DNA of 63,873 nt, filler included, from Polymyxa betae A26-41 (taxonomy: Eukaryota > Protista > Endomyxa: Phytomyxea): the NCBI GenBank assembly GCA_003693705.1. It is 5 parts of 5 records of this genome, joined end to end, with 100 filler letters (N's around TTAATTAATTAA, not from the genome) between each part and the next. Parts side by side here need not be neighbours in the genome. Positions count along the whole stretch, not along the records: positions 1 to 14,143 come from RBZT01000815.1; positions 14,244 to 36,430 come from RBZT01000701.1; 3 more parts are not named here. One strand, given 5' to 3'. This document shows, piece after piece, positions 11,698 to 23,658 of this stretch. How positions within the stretch are numbered: position 1 is the first letter of the stretch; each line of letters begins with the position of its first letter. Below the pieces are notes generated by a model. That model did not search any database. It saw only the letters and a program-made list of their open reading frames with translations, and was not told the origin of the DNA. The position numbers and the translations under genes were made by a program.

Positions 11698-11956
11698 TCC
11701 TCGATTACAGTAAAGGTCCCGACAAAGAACGTTCACGACTGTGAGGAGTCCGCGCCGCAGACTGTCACTGTGGGGAGTGATTGACCTCTTTCAATCCAAT
11801 GGCCAGTTTCCCTCTATCGATGACCCAGTGAGTGTGACGGTCAGCGAAGATGGTTCTGCTTATTAGGTCTGGCCGGTCCGGTTTATTGAACAATAATACT
11901 AAGTATATATCAATTGCGCTCTTCGTAGAAACACTCTCGTTATAATTCCCATCACC

Positions 11957-13540
11957 ATGCGCGCTCTGGTTGTCTTGATCGCGGCGGCCGTACTGGTCCT
12001 GGGGGCAGCGACCGCTTCGTCCGACCCGGAATCTGATCTCGTTCCTCTCCCGGATGATATCTTGGAGCAGATCTTGGAGCAGTGCTCGGCCACGGACCTG
12101 GGACATCTCAGTCTGACATGCCGCCGCCTGCTTCACGCGGACAACGGCCGGGTCGTACAGGCCCTGTTCGAATCACCCCATACCCGGATTGACGAGATCC
12201 CCCAGCTGGTCCGTATTCTTGCTGACCGAGTCCTGATCGATTCCAAGACTCGCGATGATCTGAAAAATAACTCTCCTCAGATGGTCATGGGCGTGTATCA
12301 ATGTATAATGTGGAATGAGATATTGAGCAATGAGCAGAAGGCCCAACTACTGCGTTCTATGATCTTAGATCTGGGCCTGACATTGATGAATGATGTGCAC
12401 GAGTTCCTAGTTCGTATCAGAAATGGTAATCCCTTACCCGGACTTCCTGTCCTTGGTATATCCGTTCCACCACAGAATCTTCCAGAACCGGTTCTTCATT
12501 TGATCAAGCAGAAGGTCGAAAAGAGCTTGCGTTGGCATCAACGAGGGCGCCTGGGCCAAATCCTCATTCAAATGCCAGCAAGGAAACCCGGACTTTCAGA
12601 AATCCTGGTCACCAATATCTCCTAAACAAACTTCGCCCTTTTTATCCGTTCCCGTTCTGTCATGTGCTCGGACCTGAGGATGATATCGCCTTCCACATTC
12701 TGACCTCGTTTCCCAAACAATCTCATCCTCTTGCTGAGTGGCAGAACTTACGGGCTCTGCGTCAGCTCGGGATCGTGTTCCAGTTTCATCACTATCTTCG
12801 TTATGTCCAGATTACTCCCGAATTCTTTCCGGATATCGCCCCTTTTCTCAACTTTCCCCCTTTTGTTTCAATCATAGAATCATTAAGCAAGCTGGTCATG
12901 GCCCGACGCACCGATGTCAACCAACAGGACCATGATGGACATACTGGCCCGGACCAGGTTCTGCAATGGCTGCGGATTCCATTTATTCAGCGACAAATCC
13001 TCTCCAAACCAGCAACGTTCATCAGACAGGCCTGCAGAATGTTGAGGTCGAAGAACACGAAGTTTGTCCGTGGTCTGGCCCAACTTCCGTTCATGCCCGA
13101 GATCATCAATGTATCCCATTCGGACAAGGGCTCTTCTGTGACGCTGCTGATGAAAGCCGTTTCCAATAAATGGTACGATATTGCGCAGATTCTGATGGGA
13201 ATTCCGAATGCGTCTCTGTTTGTGAAGTTCTGGTGCCAGCCTGACATCTTCGATTATATTTTTCGAAATACGATAGGCTGTTCTGAGAAAGCGGCTATCG
13301 ACATCCTAATCTGCTCGGAATTCATCAAACTGATGCTCTCGAACAACTGAAAAATTCTCTTAAACGTCATATCCACGTGTTTTATGTAGGACAGTTCCGT
13401 GATCTAGTTCAACATCCTCTCTATTGGAAGATCCCAGAAGATGTTAAATCTGAACTCATTCAATATTCAAATATTCATTGTCATGACATCTATGATATAT
13501 TATGCTCTGACAAAGAGCCAGCTCAAACAGTTTCACATTA
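11957..13540 (+). pseudogene. Signal peptide plus F-box protein (effector-like), paralog 2, disrupted
   Basis: MRALVVLIAAAVLVLGAATASS then F-box LVPLPDDILEQILEQCSATDLGHLSLTCRRL. Relative to copy 1 it has a 1-nt deletion at ~12595 and a ~7-nt deletion at ~13345 causing an early stop. Confidence 0.7.
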
Positions 13541-14699
13541 AAACTGAAACGTTTCAAGGTTGTTTCCAATAAACTCCTTCATCTCATCTTTGTGTATTGC
13601 TTTGTTTGCTCTCCTTTTTTAGACGACTTCCTCTCACAAATGCGCGCCTTTACACGCTCGCAATTTAAGTAATGTTTTGTTCGCATTAGCCAAGATTTAC
13701 TATGCAGCGTGATTTGTGACGGTTGCTTAAACATCAGATGCAAAACTCAATTGTCGTTTTCTGTCTCCCAATTGAGATTTATTTATTTACACTTTATTAT
13801 CATATTTTCGTCGGCAATACGCTGTGGTTGATAGAGCTCTGTAACAGCGTAGAACTCCACTACATTTGAAATCAGGCTGGTGAAGACCGTTCCGCAGGCA
13901 TTTGACTCAATAGGATATATCGTACAATGCTTCGAGTAATCAAGTGCCAGTGCTTTAATATCAGCACCGATATCAACTAATCGCTGTTTCCAAATACGAT
14001 TATGTGTTAAAAGCTCCTCCAGATCATCAATACTTTAATTATATTGTGTTGTAACGTAAATATCTGATGGCAATCCTAAACGTAGATCTTGACTAACACA
14101 CCCAGGACTAATGTAGATAGCATGCATTCGCGCTCCAGAAACANNNNNNNNNNNNNNNNNNNNNNNNNNNNNNNNNNNNNNNNNNNNTTAATTAATTAAN
14201 NNNNNNNNNNNNNNNNNNNNNNNNNNNNNNNNNNNNNNNNNNNGAGACTTGTCGACGAGAGGCGCCGCACTGCCCGTTTTTATGCGGCGGAAGGTTCGGA
14301 GATCGCGATCTTATTGGATGATCACGCTGTAAAAGATCATGAAGATGGTGACGATTCTTTAATATGAGGCTCTTTGCTGATAAACACCTTCTAAAAAGGA
14401 GAATTCGTTGCCTCTACTTTTGTATGTAATGCTGGAGCTCGTTCTCATTTCTATCTTTCTCGTCAAGTTTTGAGCATTTTGCATCGAGGGGGGAGAATTT
14501 AAATCAATGATCTTTGATCAGCTTTATTTAGAGATCGGCGGGAGAAAGGCACTTGTTAAAGAAACTCCCCCGCTCACGACCCAGGAAATATTGTTGGTGC
14601 ATTGATGCTGGAAAGACTTGAGCGGTACTTTGAAGTTGACGAGTTTTTTCTTTTGCAAGCCAACCAGAGTTTTTTTATAAGGCGAAGGTGCAAACTGTA

Positions 14700-15303
14700 A
14701 TCATTACAGTCGATATCCGAGAGATAATCAGAATCAATTCATCGGAAAAGATCACAAAGAATGACTCCTTACGTCATCGAATGTCTAGGCTCCTACAAAA
14801 TGGAAAGTATAGTACAGCGACGAGCAACGATTATCGCTCCAAACTGAACTTAAATTTCGAGGCATTATTAAACATTTCGTAGAGTTACGTCAAAGCCGAA
14901 ATCAAGAGGCACGAAATCTCTCTGATTGGGTCCACAGCGTTAACAAGACCAATAAAGCGCCTGGCTTGATAAGTTCCGTTCGGCGTCTGGAAGCCGTTCT
15001 GCCAGACCAAGCCTTGAGCTTACCTCATCATGGATCGATAGAAGAGTAACATGAAGCCCTCAATCGTAGCCAAATTACAGTCTTCCGACGTTGAATTCAT
15101 ACTGCCAGATTAAACTTCCAATCACAGATGTTGTAGTGAACAAACCGTCCAAAGATTATCTTTTATCGTCATATGAAGACTTCATGGTAACCATCATCGG
15201 AAACGAGGCGCCTTCGCGCAGGGATTGCTGTACTCGTTTCGACGAAGATGAGGTGGAAAATGTCCAAACTGTAGATAACTTCATGGAATCTCTCATTTAT
15301 TGA
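14700..15303 (+). mobile_element. Degenerate pogo/Tc5-like DDE_1 transposase remnant
   Basis: Fragments VWKPF, AYLIMD and LPITDVVVNKPSKDYLLSSYEDFM resemble the DDE_1 motifs LLIMD and LQPLDVxVNKPFK. Many stops. Confidence 0.55.
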
Positions 15304-15554
15304 TACGAAAGAGAATTCAGCTAGCGAAAGGACGCCATTCTCAAGTTTCTGTGGCTTTTGCTCTTTTTGCCATATTTCCGCTACCCTTCGTAGAGCTCGA
15401 GTTTCCCTCCGAACTGACTATCAACCTCGTGTTTCTCACGAGCGACCTGATTTCCTGGCAGGAAGCCAATACGGCAGCTTTCCACACCGTCTATGTTTCT
15501 GTGGCAGGCGATGCCATCTTGCAGAGGCCATTAATCACGATCCTTTTTTGACCA

Positions 15555-15994
15555 ATAATCTCGTTTGTCTTTGGCCATCAATGTCGATGTTTTTGGGGCT
15601 TTCAATCTCCAGAGCGCAATTTATGTTGAGATTTCCAACGTTACGTCTACGCAGTTGTGCTATCATCATCCTCTCTCTCTATCCAGGATGAGCTCTGGTC
15701 ATTAATCTCGTTGTCTTTTGGCCCTCACCATCTCGATTCCTTTTTTTGGCGCTTTTAATTTCCAGAGCGCAATTTATGTTGGGATTCCTACGTTACATCT
15801 ACGCACTTGTGCTATCATCCTCTCTTTCTATCCAGGATGAGCTCTGGTCATTAACTCGTTTGCCTTTTGGCATCAATCTCGATTAATTTTTGGCGCTTTT
15901 CATTTCCTGTGCGCAATTTTTTGTTGAGATTTCCTGCGTTACCTCTACGCAGTTATGGTATCCTCCTCTGTTTCTCTATCCAGGGTGAGCTCTG
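15555..15994. repeat. Three diverged tandem copies of a ~147-bp unit
   Basis: Units start at ~15555, ~15701 and ~15850. Each contains GCGCAATTT..GTT..GATT..CGTTAC.TCTACGCA and ends CTATCCAGG.TGAGCTCTG. Confidence 0.9.
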
Positions 15995-16408
15995 CCTATA
16001 TTAAAGTAGTTCAGATGGGTAGATTCGGTACCGATCTCAACTTAATGTTGTCGCGTACAAGCCGATCCTGAACTTAAATTTGTCGCGTGATGATCCCAGA
16101 TCACTTGGTCCCGGTCGTCGACGGTTTTGATCGACAGCGTGTACCAATCCGGTGCTCATTTTAACAGCGATTGGCTTCACAGCCGAAACCTTTCAGCAAG
16201 TCGGCGACGACCTTCGACACGTCGAATTTTGTTTCTTTTCCAGACTGATTGCTTCTCGAAAAACACCAGTACGACCGTCACAGCCCGTGCTCTTCTGCTG
16301 AATTGCCCGAACCGAGCTCCTAGCGATTCGAGGGCTATCCTCGCTCTATAGGTGTTTGTGTCGAGGCTTCAACAGGATCGTTGCAGGTCCCATTCAAGTC
16401 GGTGAAAA

Positions 16409-19400
16409 ATGGCGGTCGCTCAGGATCCGGATTCCGATCCCGACCTGGCCCTTCGGCAGCAGAACACCGAGCCGATTGGGATCTTTACCCAGGTGGCGAT
16501 TCTATCAAAGAAAAATTTCATGCTAAAGTATCGAAACCTTCGATCGACTCTGGGTGAAATTTTGATCCCAGTTTTGGCGATTTTGCTGTTAATGTGGCTT
16601 CGTGGTCTTGTGAAACCGACGACGCTCGATCATGGAATCATCGATACGCCGTCGATGCCGTTCTCATATTCGCAAGCGATACAGTCGGTGTCTGCAGGGC
16701 TGGCCAAGAACGATGGGCAGATCGTCGTGATTCCATCAAGTGATAACGGCCTTGCAGGCACGGTTGCAGCGAACCTTAAAGCGCTTCTACCCGCCCCGGT
16801 TCGCGATCGGGTCACCCGATTTGACAGCAACGCTGCTCTGGATTCATTCATTCAAACATCTGGATACGGTTCGGACAACGACAAGAAGATGGTGATGGCG
16901 GCGATCAACATTGAAAACGACGCTAATAACCAGTACCGATATTCCATCCGAATGAATGTCTCAGGCGGAGCCGTTCCTTACCGCCCAGCTAGCTATGTAA
17001 ATCAGCTAACTGTAAAGAATTCCAGCGAACAGTTTGGCACCTATCTTGGCAGAGGATTCGTCTTCCTTCAGACGGTTGTTGACTGGACAATCGTCAATGG
17101 AACCATGTCAGGCGCTCCTGATGATTTTGTAAGGTGTTTTTTTACATTTTTTGTTGCTAAATCTGCTACATTCAGGTCGCCCAAATGTTCCCGCAGCCAC
17201 GGTACAGCTCCGACGTCTTCGCAACGATCGCTGGAAGTCTCATCCCGCTTCTGATCGTATTCGGCTACAACTTCACCATTACGCGCGTCTCGAAATCTCT
17301 CATGGAAGAAAAGGAAGAGAAGATCGCCGAAGGACTTAAAAGTAGGGCTGTTTGCTTTTCGATTTTGAAACTTTCAAAATTGTGCAAATGCTAACTTGAT
17401 CTGTGACAGTTATTGGCGTATCAGACGCAGCTCTGTTCATATCATGGCTACTTGTTTACATTGTGATTTTCGCGCTCCAGAGCGCTCTGATCACCCTGCT
17501 TTCCAAGAGCATCTTGTTCCCGAATTCCAGCGGTCTTCTCATCTGGCTGATCTTCTTCCTTTTTCCGCTTAGTGGGATCTTCGCCCTGGCCTACCTGCTG
17601 ACGCCGCTGTTCACTCGTCAGCGAGTCGCCTCGACTGTCACCTCGCTGGTCTTCCTTGTCTCAACATTCGTCTTTTTCGCTGTGAGCAGCGATGCCACCC
17701 AACGGGGACAGAAATTGGGCTCGAGTTTGATCTCGTCGATTGCGCTTTGCCATGGGCTCATTGAGGTCTTCAACGTGGAAAGCAACGCACGCGGCGTCAC
17801 CTTTTCCAACAGCTCCGAGCAAATCAACTTCTACTCTTTCTCGGATGCGTTGGGATTCATGGTTCTGGACTTTTTCATCTACGTCATTATCGGGTCGTAC
17901 TTGACCAAAGTGCTTCCATCGACGTTCGGCGTTCCCCTTCCCTGGAACTTCTTTCTATTGAAAGATTATTGGTTTCCGCAGCATCAGAATAGCGTTGTTT
18001 TCGGCGAAGACACGCCTCAGCGTAAAAACTCTCTAGGCCTCGATGTTTACGACAAGCCGAAATCGGACCAGACGGTCTCGGTGTCGATACGAAAGCTTCG
18101 CTGCGAGTTCAACAATGGTGAGACCGTCGCTGTTAACGATCTCAGCCTGGACATGTACAAAGGAGAGATTTTCTGTCTGCTTGGACACAACGGTGCCGGG
18201 AAAACGACCACGATCTCGATGCTTTCAGGGTTTTTGAAGCCGACTTCTGGAGATGCGATGGTTTTTGGCAAACGGATCTCGAGCGAGATGAGCTCGGTTC
18301 GGAAAAGCCTCGGATTCTGTCCTCAACACGATTGTTTGTATCCACAGCTTACCGTTAAAGAACACCTGGAGATCTTTGGTATGATGCTTCTCCTGGAAGA
18401 GCGCGATTAGCTCATTGCATCGTTCAGGTCGTTTGAAAGGGATTTCTGTCAAGGCGTTGCCAGCCGCTGTGAAAGAAATCATCGAGACTGTTGGCCTGAC
18501 CGAGAAAGTCAACTTTGCCTCTCGCAACCTTTCTGGTGGTCAGAAGCGGAAACTCAGTATTGGAATGGTATAGGGTTAGGGTCTATCGATTTCGTCATCT
18601 CACTTGAATCAAGGCGTTGATCGGTGATTCCAAGCTCATTCTTCTCGATGAGCCCACATCTGGTTCGATTCGCCCTTCTACGAATGTTTCTGCTTTCTAA
18701 CACGATTGAAAGGAATGGATCCGTATTCGCGAAGGTCGACTTGGGACCTGATCAAGAGAGCGCGGGTCGGTCGTACTATTCTGCTCACGACACATTTCAT
18801 GGACGAGGTGACGTCTCCGTTTTTGGTCTCAGAGATCGCTTGTATTGAAAGCCGTATTTAGGCCGATCAGTTATCTGATCGTATTGGGATCATGGCCCAT
18901 GGTGAACTCAAGTGCATGGGCAGCTCGTTATTCCTGAAGCGTCTGTTCGGGGTCGGTTATACGTTAACTGTCAGCAAAACCGGAAAGACGCACAGGTCGG
19001 TTTCGTGCAACGTTTTGAGGCTTTTTTGGTGATTTTAAGAAATTTTCAGTCAAGCATTGATCGATCTGATCAAAAAGCACGTCCCAGAATCAGAGATTCT
19101 CGCCGAAGTCGCTGCAGAGATTTCGTTCCGTTTACCGCTGTCATATGCTAAAACGTTCCCTGAGCTGTTCGATCGTATTGATGCCCAGAAAAAAGAACTC
19201 GTAGTGCGAAATTATTTCGTCTTCAATTCTCTGACGATGTTTTGATAGAGTGTGCTATCGTATGGGGTTTCAGTGACGACATTATCGGAAGTTTTCCTGC
19301 GAGTTGGACAAGACCATGCGATCACTCGTCAAGAGACCGAGAAGATGATTCAAGATGTCACTCGCAATCGTCAAGAGCGAGCAGCTTCGGTCCATCCCGC

Positions 19401-22369
19401 CATCGAACCGCCAAAACCAATCCAACAAAACCTGTTCTTCCGCCAAGTCGAAGCCATGATCTGGAAGCGATGGCACGGCTGCAAACGCGACCGAAAAGTC
19501 ATGCTCTGGCAGTTTATCAGTAAGAGGATGGCTTCAGCTTCGTGTTTGAGCTGATTTGAAATTGTTCCAGTTCCGATTGTGTTTATTCTGCTCGGAGTCT
19601 GGTTGGTTGATCTCGGGTCGAGTTTCACGTTCCTGACGACAGACCTAACTGCGGACGTTGAATTCCCAACGTCTCAGTTCCTATGGGTCGCCGATTCGGG
19701 GGCCTCGACGAAACAGCAGGTAACCTTTCTACTTGTCTGGAATTCTTTCCGCTTATCTGCGACTTTTTTTTCAGGATTTGAAAAACATTCTCGGTCGAGT
19801 TCCTCGTAACGCTCAACAAGCGCAGCTCAGTAGTACGACCCAGCTAATGCAGAATTTATTGGATGATTATCCGGCGGCTGCTCCTCGTTATGGAGCAGCT
19901 GCCGCTATCGACGGCTCCATGACCTTGATCTTCAATTCCAGCGCGTTCAATTCCATTCCTGTCTATTTAAACGCTATCAGCAGCGCTCGTCTGCAGCAAA
20001 AGTTGGGTTCGTCGGCCGCATCGATCCACGTATCGTCGTTGCCATTACCGCAGACTGCTATCGAGAAGGCCAGAAGCAGCACATTCTTGGCTCTTATTCT
20101 GTAGTCGATCTGAAATCTATTCTAATCTCGTAACTAACCATTGTTAGGGGAATCGCTTTCGCGTTCGTTCCCGCTTCTTTCGCTGCTTACTGTATTCGCG
20201 AACGTGAGACGCAGGTCTTCCAGCAGCAGCTGCTGGCCGGTGTTGGCCCATGCGCTTATTGGATTAGGTAACATTCTGTCTTTTTATAACGAGGATTGCT
20301 AACTAATCTAAAACAGCAATTGGATCTGGGATTTCTTAACGACGTTGGTTCCCAGTTACTTTTGTATGGTGGTTGTAGCATGTTATAGCATTGATAGTCT
20401 GTTGGGAGTCAATGCTGGTCCGGCCCTCTTATTGTTGACGTTGTTCGCGCTGGCCATCTGTCCATTCACCTATCTGCTGTCGTATCTCTTTAAGGAATCG
20501 AATTCGGGCCAGACCGCGCTGCTCTTCGTGAACATCATTTCTGTCTCCGCTTTGCTTCTGGCATCTATTATTATGAGCTTCATCGAGAGTACTAAAGAAA
20601 TTAATGCCAATCTGATGTATATCTACTATCTCCTGCCTACCTATTCTATGGCATATGGTATTTTAAGCCTGATGTCAAGAAATTCGGGACCTGTTTCCAA
20701 AGATGTAAGAGCTTTTTCACTGCAAAAAACTCTCTGTTTACTTCTTTATCACAGATCTTCGACAAAGATGTGCTGGGTAAACCTTTGATCTATTTAACGT
20801 GCGAAGCGATCGGCTATTTCGCTCTGCTGCTGATCTTGGAGAAGATCCGATCGTCTCCAGATCTGCTGGCCTGGATTATGCCGCGTGTTAACGACCCTGG
20901 ATTGCCACGTAATGAGAGCGTCGATTCCGATGTCGAAGCGGAGAAGGCTCGTGTGAAATCGGGCCAAGCTGACAGCGACGTCATCGTCCTGAAGGGATTA
21001 CGGAAGGTTTTCCCTGGACCGAAAGGCGGCGTCAAGATTGCTGTTAAAGATAGCTGGTTCGGTATTCCTGCCGGTGAGATCTTCGGATTCTTAGGTCTGG
21101 AATGTCGATTTGTGTGAAACCGCCCTGCTTATGTAATACCACAGGCGTGAATGGAGCTGGAAAGACCACGACATTACAGATCCTGAGCGGAGACGTCATA
21201 CCTACTGAAGGCACGGCTAAACTGCTGGGCGTTGATGTATTGAAGGATCAGACTCGAGCTCGCCAGCTTATTGGATATTGCCCTCAATTCGACGCATGTT
21301 AGTTATAACGTTTATCGCTCTGGGATTTTTTTGTCGCTTTTTGCATCGTCTTTGCGTCTGTTCCTTTTAGCTCAAAATATTCTGTGTCTGTTACTTTTTG
21401 CTCAAGATATTCTTCTTGTTTCGCGCTTGTGTTGAAATGGAACATTTGTGGCTATCACACTGTTCTTCAATGTTTGATTTGTCGTATTTTGGGCCGCTAA
21501 TATGCATTCGCAGTGATTCATCTGATGACGGCTCGTGAACATCTTGAAATGTATGCAGCTTTCAAAGGAATCGAACGGTCGCAGATCAAGTCTATGGTCC
21601 AATCTCTTATCGAGAAGCTGGGATTGAAGCTATACGCTGACCGGCCTTGCGGCGGCTATAGTGGAGGTAACCGGCGTAAACTCTCGGTTGGAATTGCTCT
21701 GGTCGGCGATCCTCCTCTGGTCTTCCTTGGTATTCTGTTCGCTTCTTGCGGCTCGCATCTGTTGATCTGTGATTAGATGAGCCATCTACCGGTATGGATC
21801 CAGGTTCTCGTCGCACGATGTGGGATGTCATCGTTAATACGATGACCGGGAAGAGCGTCATCTTGACGACGCATAGCATGGAGGAATGTGAAGCTCTCTG
21901 TACCCGTATTGGAATTCAAGTATGTCAGGGTTTTAGGGTTAGGTTATGGTTTTTTGACTTGGTCGTACAGGTTAGCGGTCGATTAGCGTGTCTGGGAGGA
22001 GCCCAACATCTCAAGGATAAGTTCGGAAATGGATATCAATTGGAGATCAACGCTATCGAAGGAAAGGTGCCGGATGTGAAGGAGTTCGTAGGCCGAGCAT
22101 TCCCTGGAAGCGAATTGCTAGAAGAGCAGAGCACCAATGTCAAGTATCGCATTCCCAAAAAGAAATCGATCGGAGACATGTTCCGAATTGTCGAAGGCGA
22201 TACTGGAGGGCTCGTCGATTCCTATTCGATTTCGGATATCTCTTTGGAGCAAATCTTCATCTACTTTGCCAGCCAGCAAACTGAGGAATTAGGGCATGTT
22301 CGAGGACTGGCTCCCATGCGCGTTCCTTCCAACCCTGACGTTGTTGTTGTCCCAGTCGAACAGATTTAA
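16409..22369 (+). CDS. ABCA: Full-size ABC transporter, subfamily A (multi-exon)
   Basis: TMD-NBD-TMD-NBD layout. Walker [10 protein letters not shown] and GVNGAGKTT, signatures [10 protein letters not shown] and [30 protein letters not shown]-type Walker [16 protein letters not shown]-terminal SLEQIF. Short GT-AG introns. Confidence 0.95.
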
Positions 22370-22908
22370 CCTTTTCACATAAAAAGGATCGAATATTTCT
22401 TACACAACAGTCTGCGACCGCCTAACACGAGTGTAGGCTTTCAATCAGAAATGCAAAGAAGCTCGCAAAGCCAATCGGCTTTACATTCAAAGCCACGATA
22501 AAAAGTCCAACTTGAAATCATTTTTGAAAAAAGTAGCGTAGAGCATCAGGTTGGGTTGTTGATATCACGCCTTCTCAATGATTCCACGAAGATTCTTGGC
22601 AATCTCATAACACGCCATGTTTATCACCATACGAACACAATAACAAGAAATAAGAGATGCTACAAGACGTTTCGCTTCGATCTGAGTTCTGACGGAATCT
22701 CACGACGGTCACGTTTTGGCCGTGATCGCTTCCGGTAATTGCGGACAGCGCGACGGACCCACTGGATTGCGAAAATGAGCATTTCATGCGCAATTTCTTC
22801 TAAATCAGTGGCCGGATCGATCTCCGCTTGCCTTGACTTAATACTTCGGAACTTGGTTCTGGACCCGCGGGTGTTTCCTTTCAAACGATAAAACAGGAGT
22901 TTAACACG

Positions 22909-23253
22909 ATGGACAACAATGCCATTCCATATGCCATCATTGAATGGGAGCTCGACGATGTGACCATCGAATACGATCCAAGCGATCTGGATCAGATCGC
23001 GACATTTCCCGTAACAACCGTCACCGTTTCCAAAGGGACCCTCTATGACGAGATCATCGAATCGTCGCTGATGGACGATCAAGACCATTACGACGAGAAC
23101 AACTACATGTACAGCCTGCTGCTTTGTGATCCATCTCTGATGTCGTCAGACAATGTTGTCCATATTGTCGAAGAAGACCTCTATGACGTACCAGAAATCT
23201 CCCCGATCGATGATCTATTCAGGATACAACAACTTCTACCAATCCCAAACTAA
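22909..23253 (+). CDS. Acidic hypothetical protein (possibly 3' part of a longer gene)
   Basis: 114-aa ORF with strong D/E bias and protein-like composition; no recognisable motif. Confidence 0.35.
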   Translation: MDNNAIPYAIIEWELDDVTIEYDPSDLDQIATFPVTTVTVSKGTLYDEIIESSLMDDQDHYDENNYMYSLLLCDPSLMSSDNVVHIVEEDLYDVPEISPIDDLFRIQQLLPIPN

Positions 23254-23658
23254 CTCAAGATGCGAAACTCCAGCGTTAGGAAACCCATTTTAACACGAGC
23301 TTATAATATCGCTCGATAATCACAATGTTCTGAACCTATTCTTTATAATACCAACTCTTAAATTTTCGTTTGTCTGCCATTACCTGCTCTTCATCTTTCA
23401 AATTTTCGTTAGCCAAGCATTTCAAACTGAATGCTCCCATAATCTAATATTATTTTGGTATTTAGGAATGGTTCTCGAGACCAAGCTGATGGTTGATAGC
23501 CAGAACCCATTCACACCGACAGATCTTCACATTTGGCATTCAATCATGAATGGGTGAGAGTCTCTGAGCTGAATACCTATGTTTGACGTGTTGCAGTTTG
23601 TAAACATCTATTATGCGCATAGATAGGAGAATCCAATAACTCAAACAATATTTAAATA

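Larger units (their letters stand above)
7904..11903 (-). mobile_element. Tyrosine-recombinase DNA transposon (Crypton-like), ~4.0 kb, with terminal inverted repeats
   Basis: Absent from the paralogous site at ~3440-3460. Ends ATTATTGCTCAAAAACCG / CGGTTTATTGAACAATAAT are inverted. Encodes YR motifs. Confidence 0.8.

Noticed and set aside
14144-14243. TTAATTAATTAA palindrome within N runs (also ~36431-36530, ~52427-52525, ~62177-62275)
   Set aside because: Artificial scaffolding linker with stops in all frames. Not biological, and adjacency across these gaps is unverified.
15555-15994. CRISPR-like array
   Set aside because: Whole ~147-bp units are similar with no unique spacers, there are no cas genes, and the context is eukaryotic.
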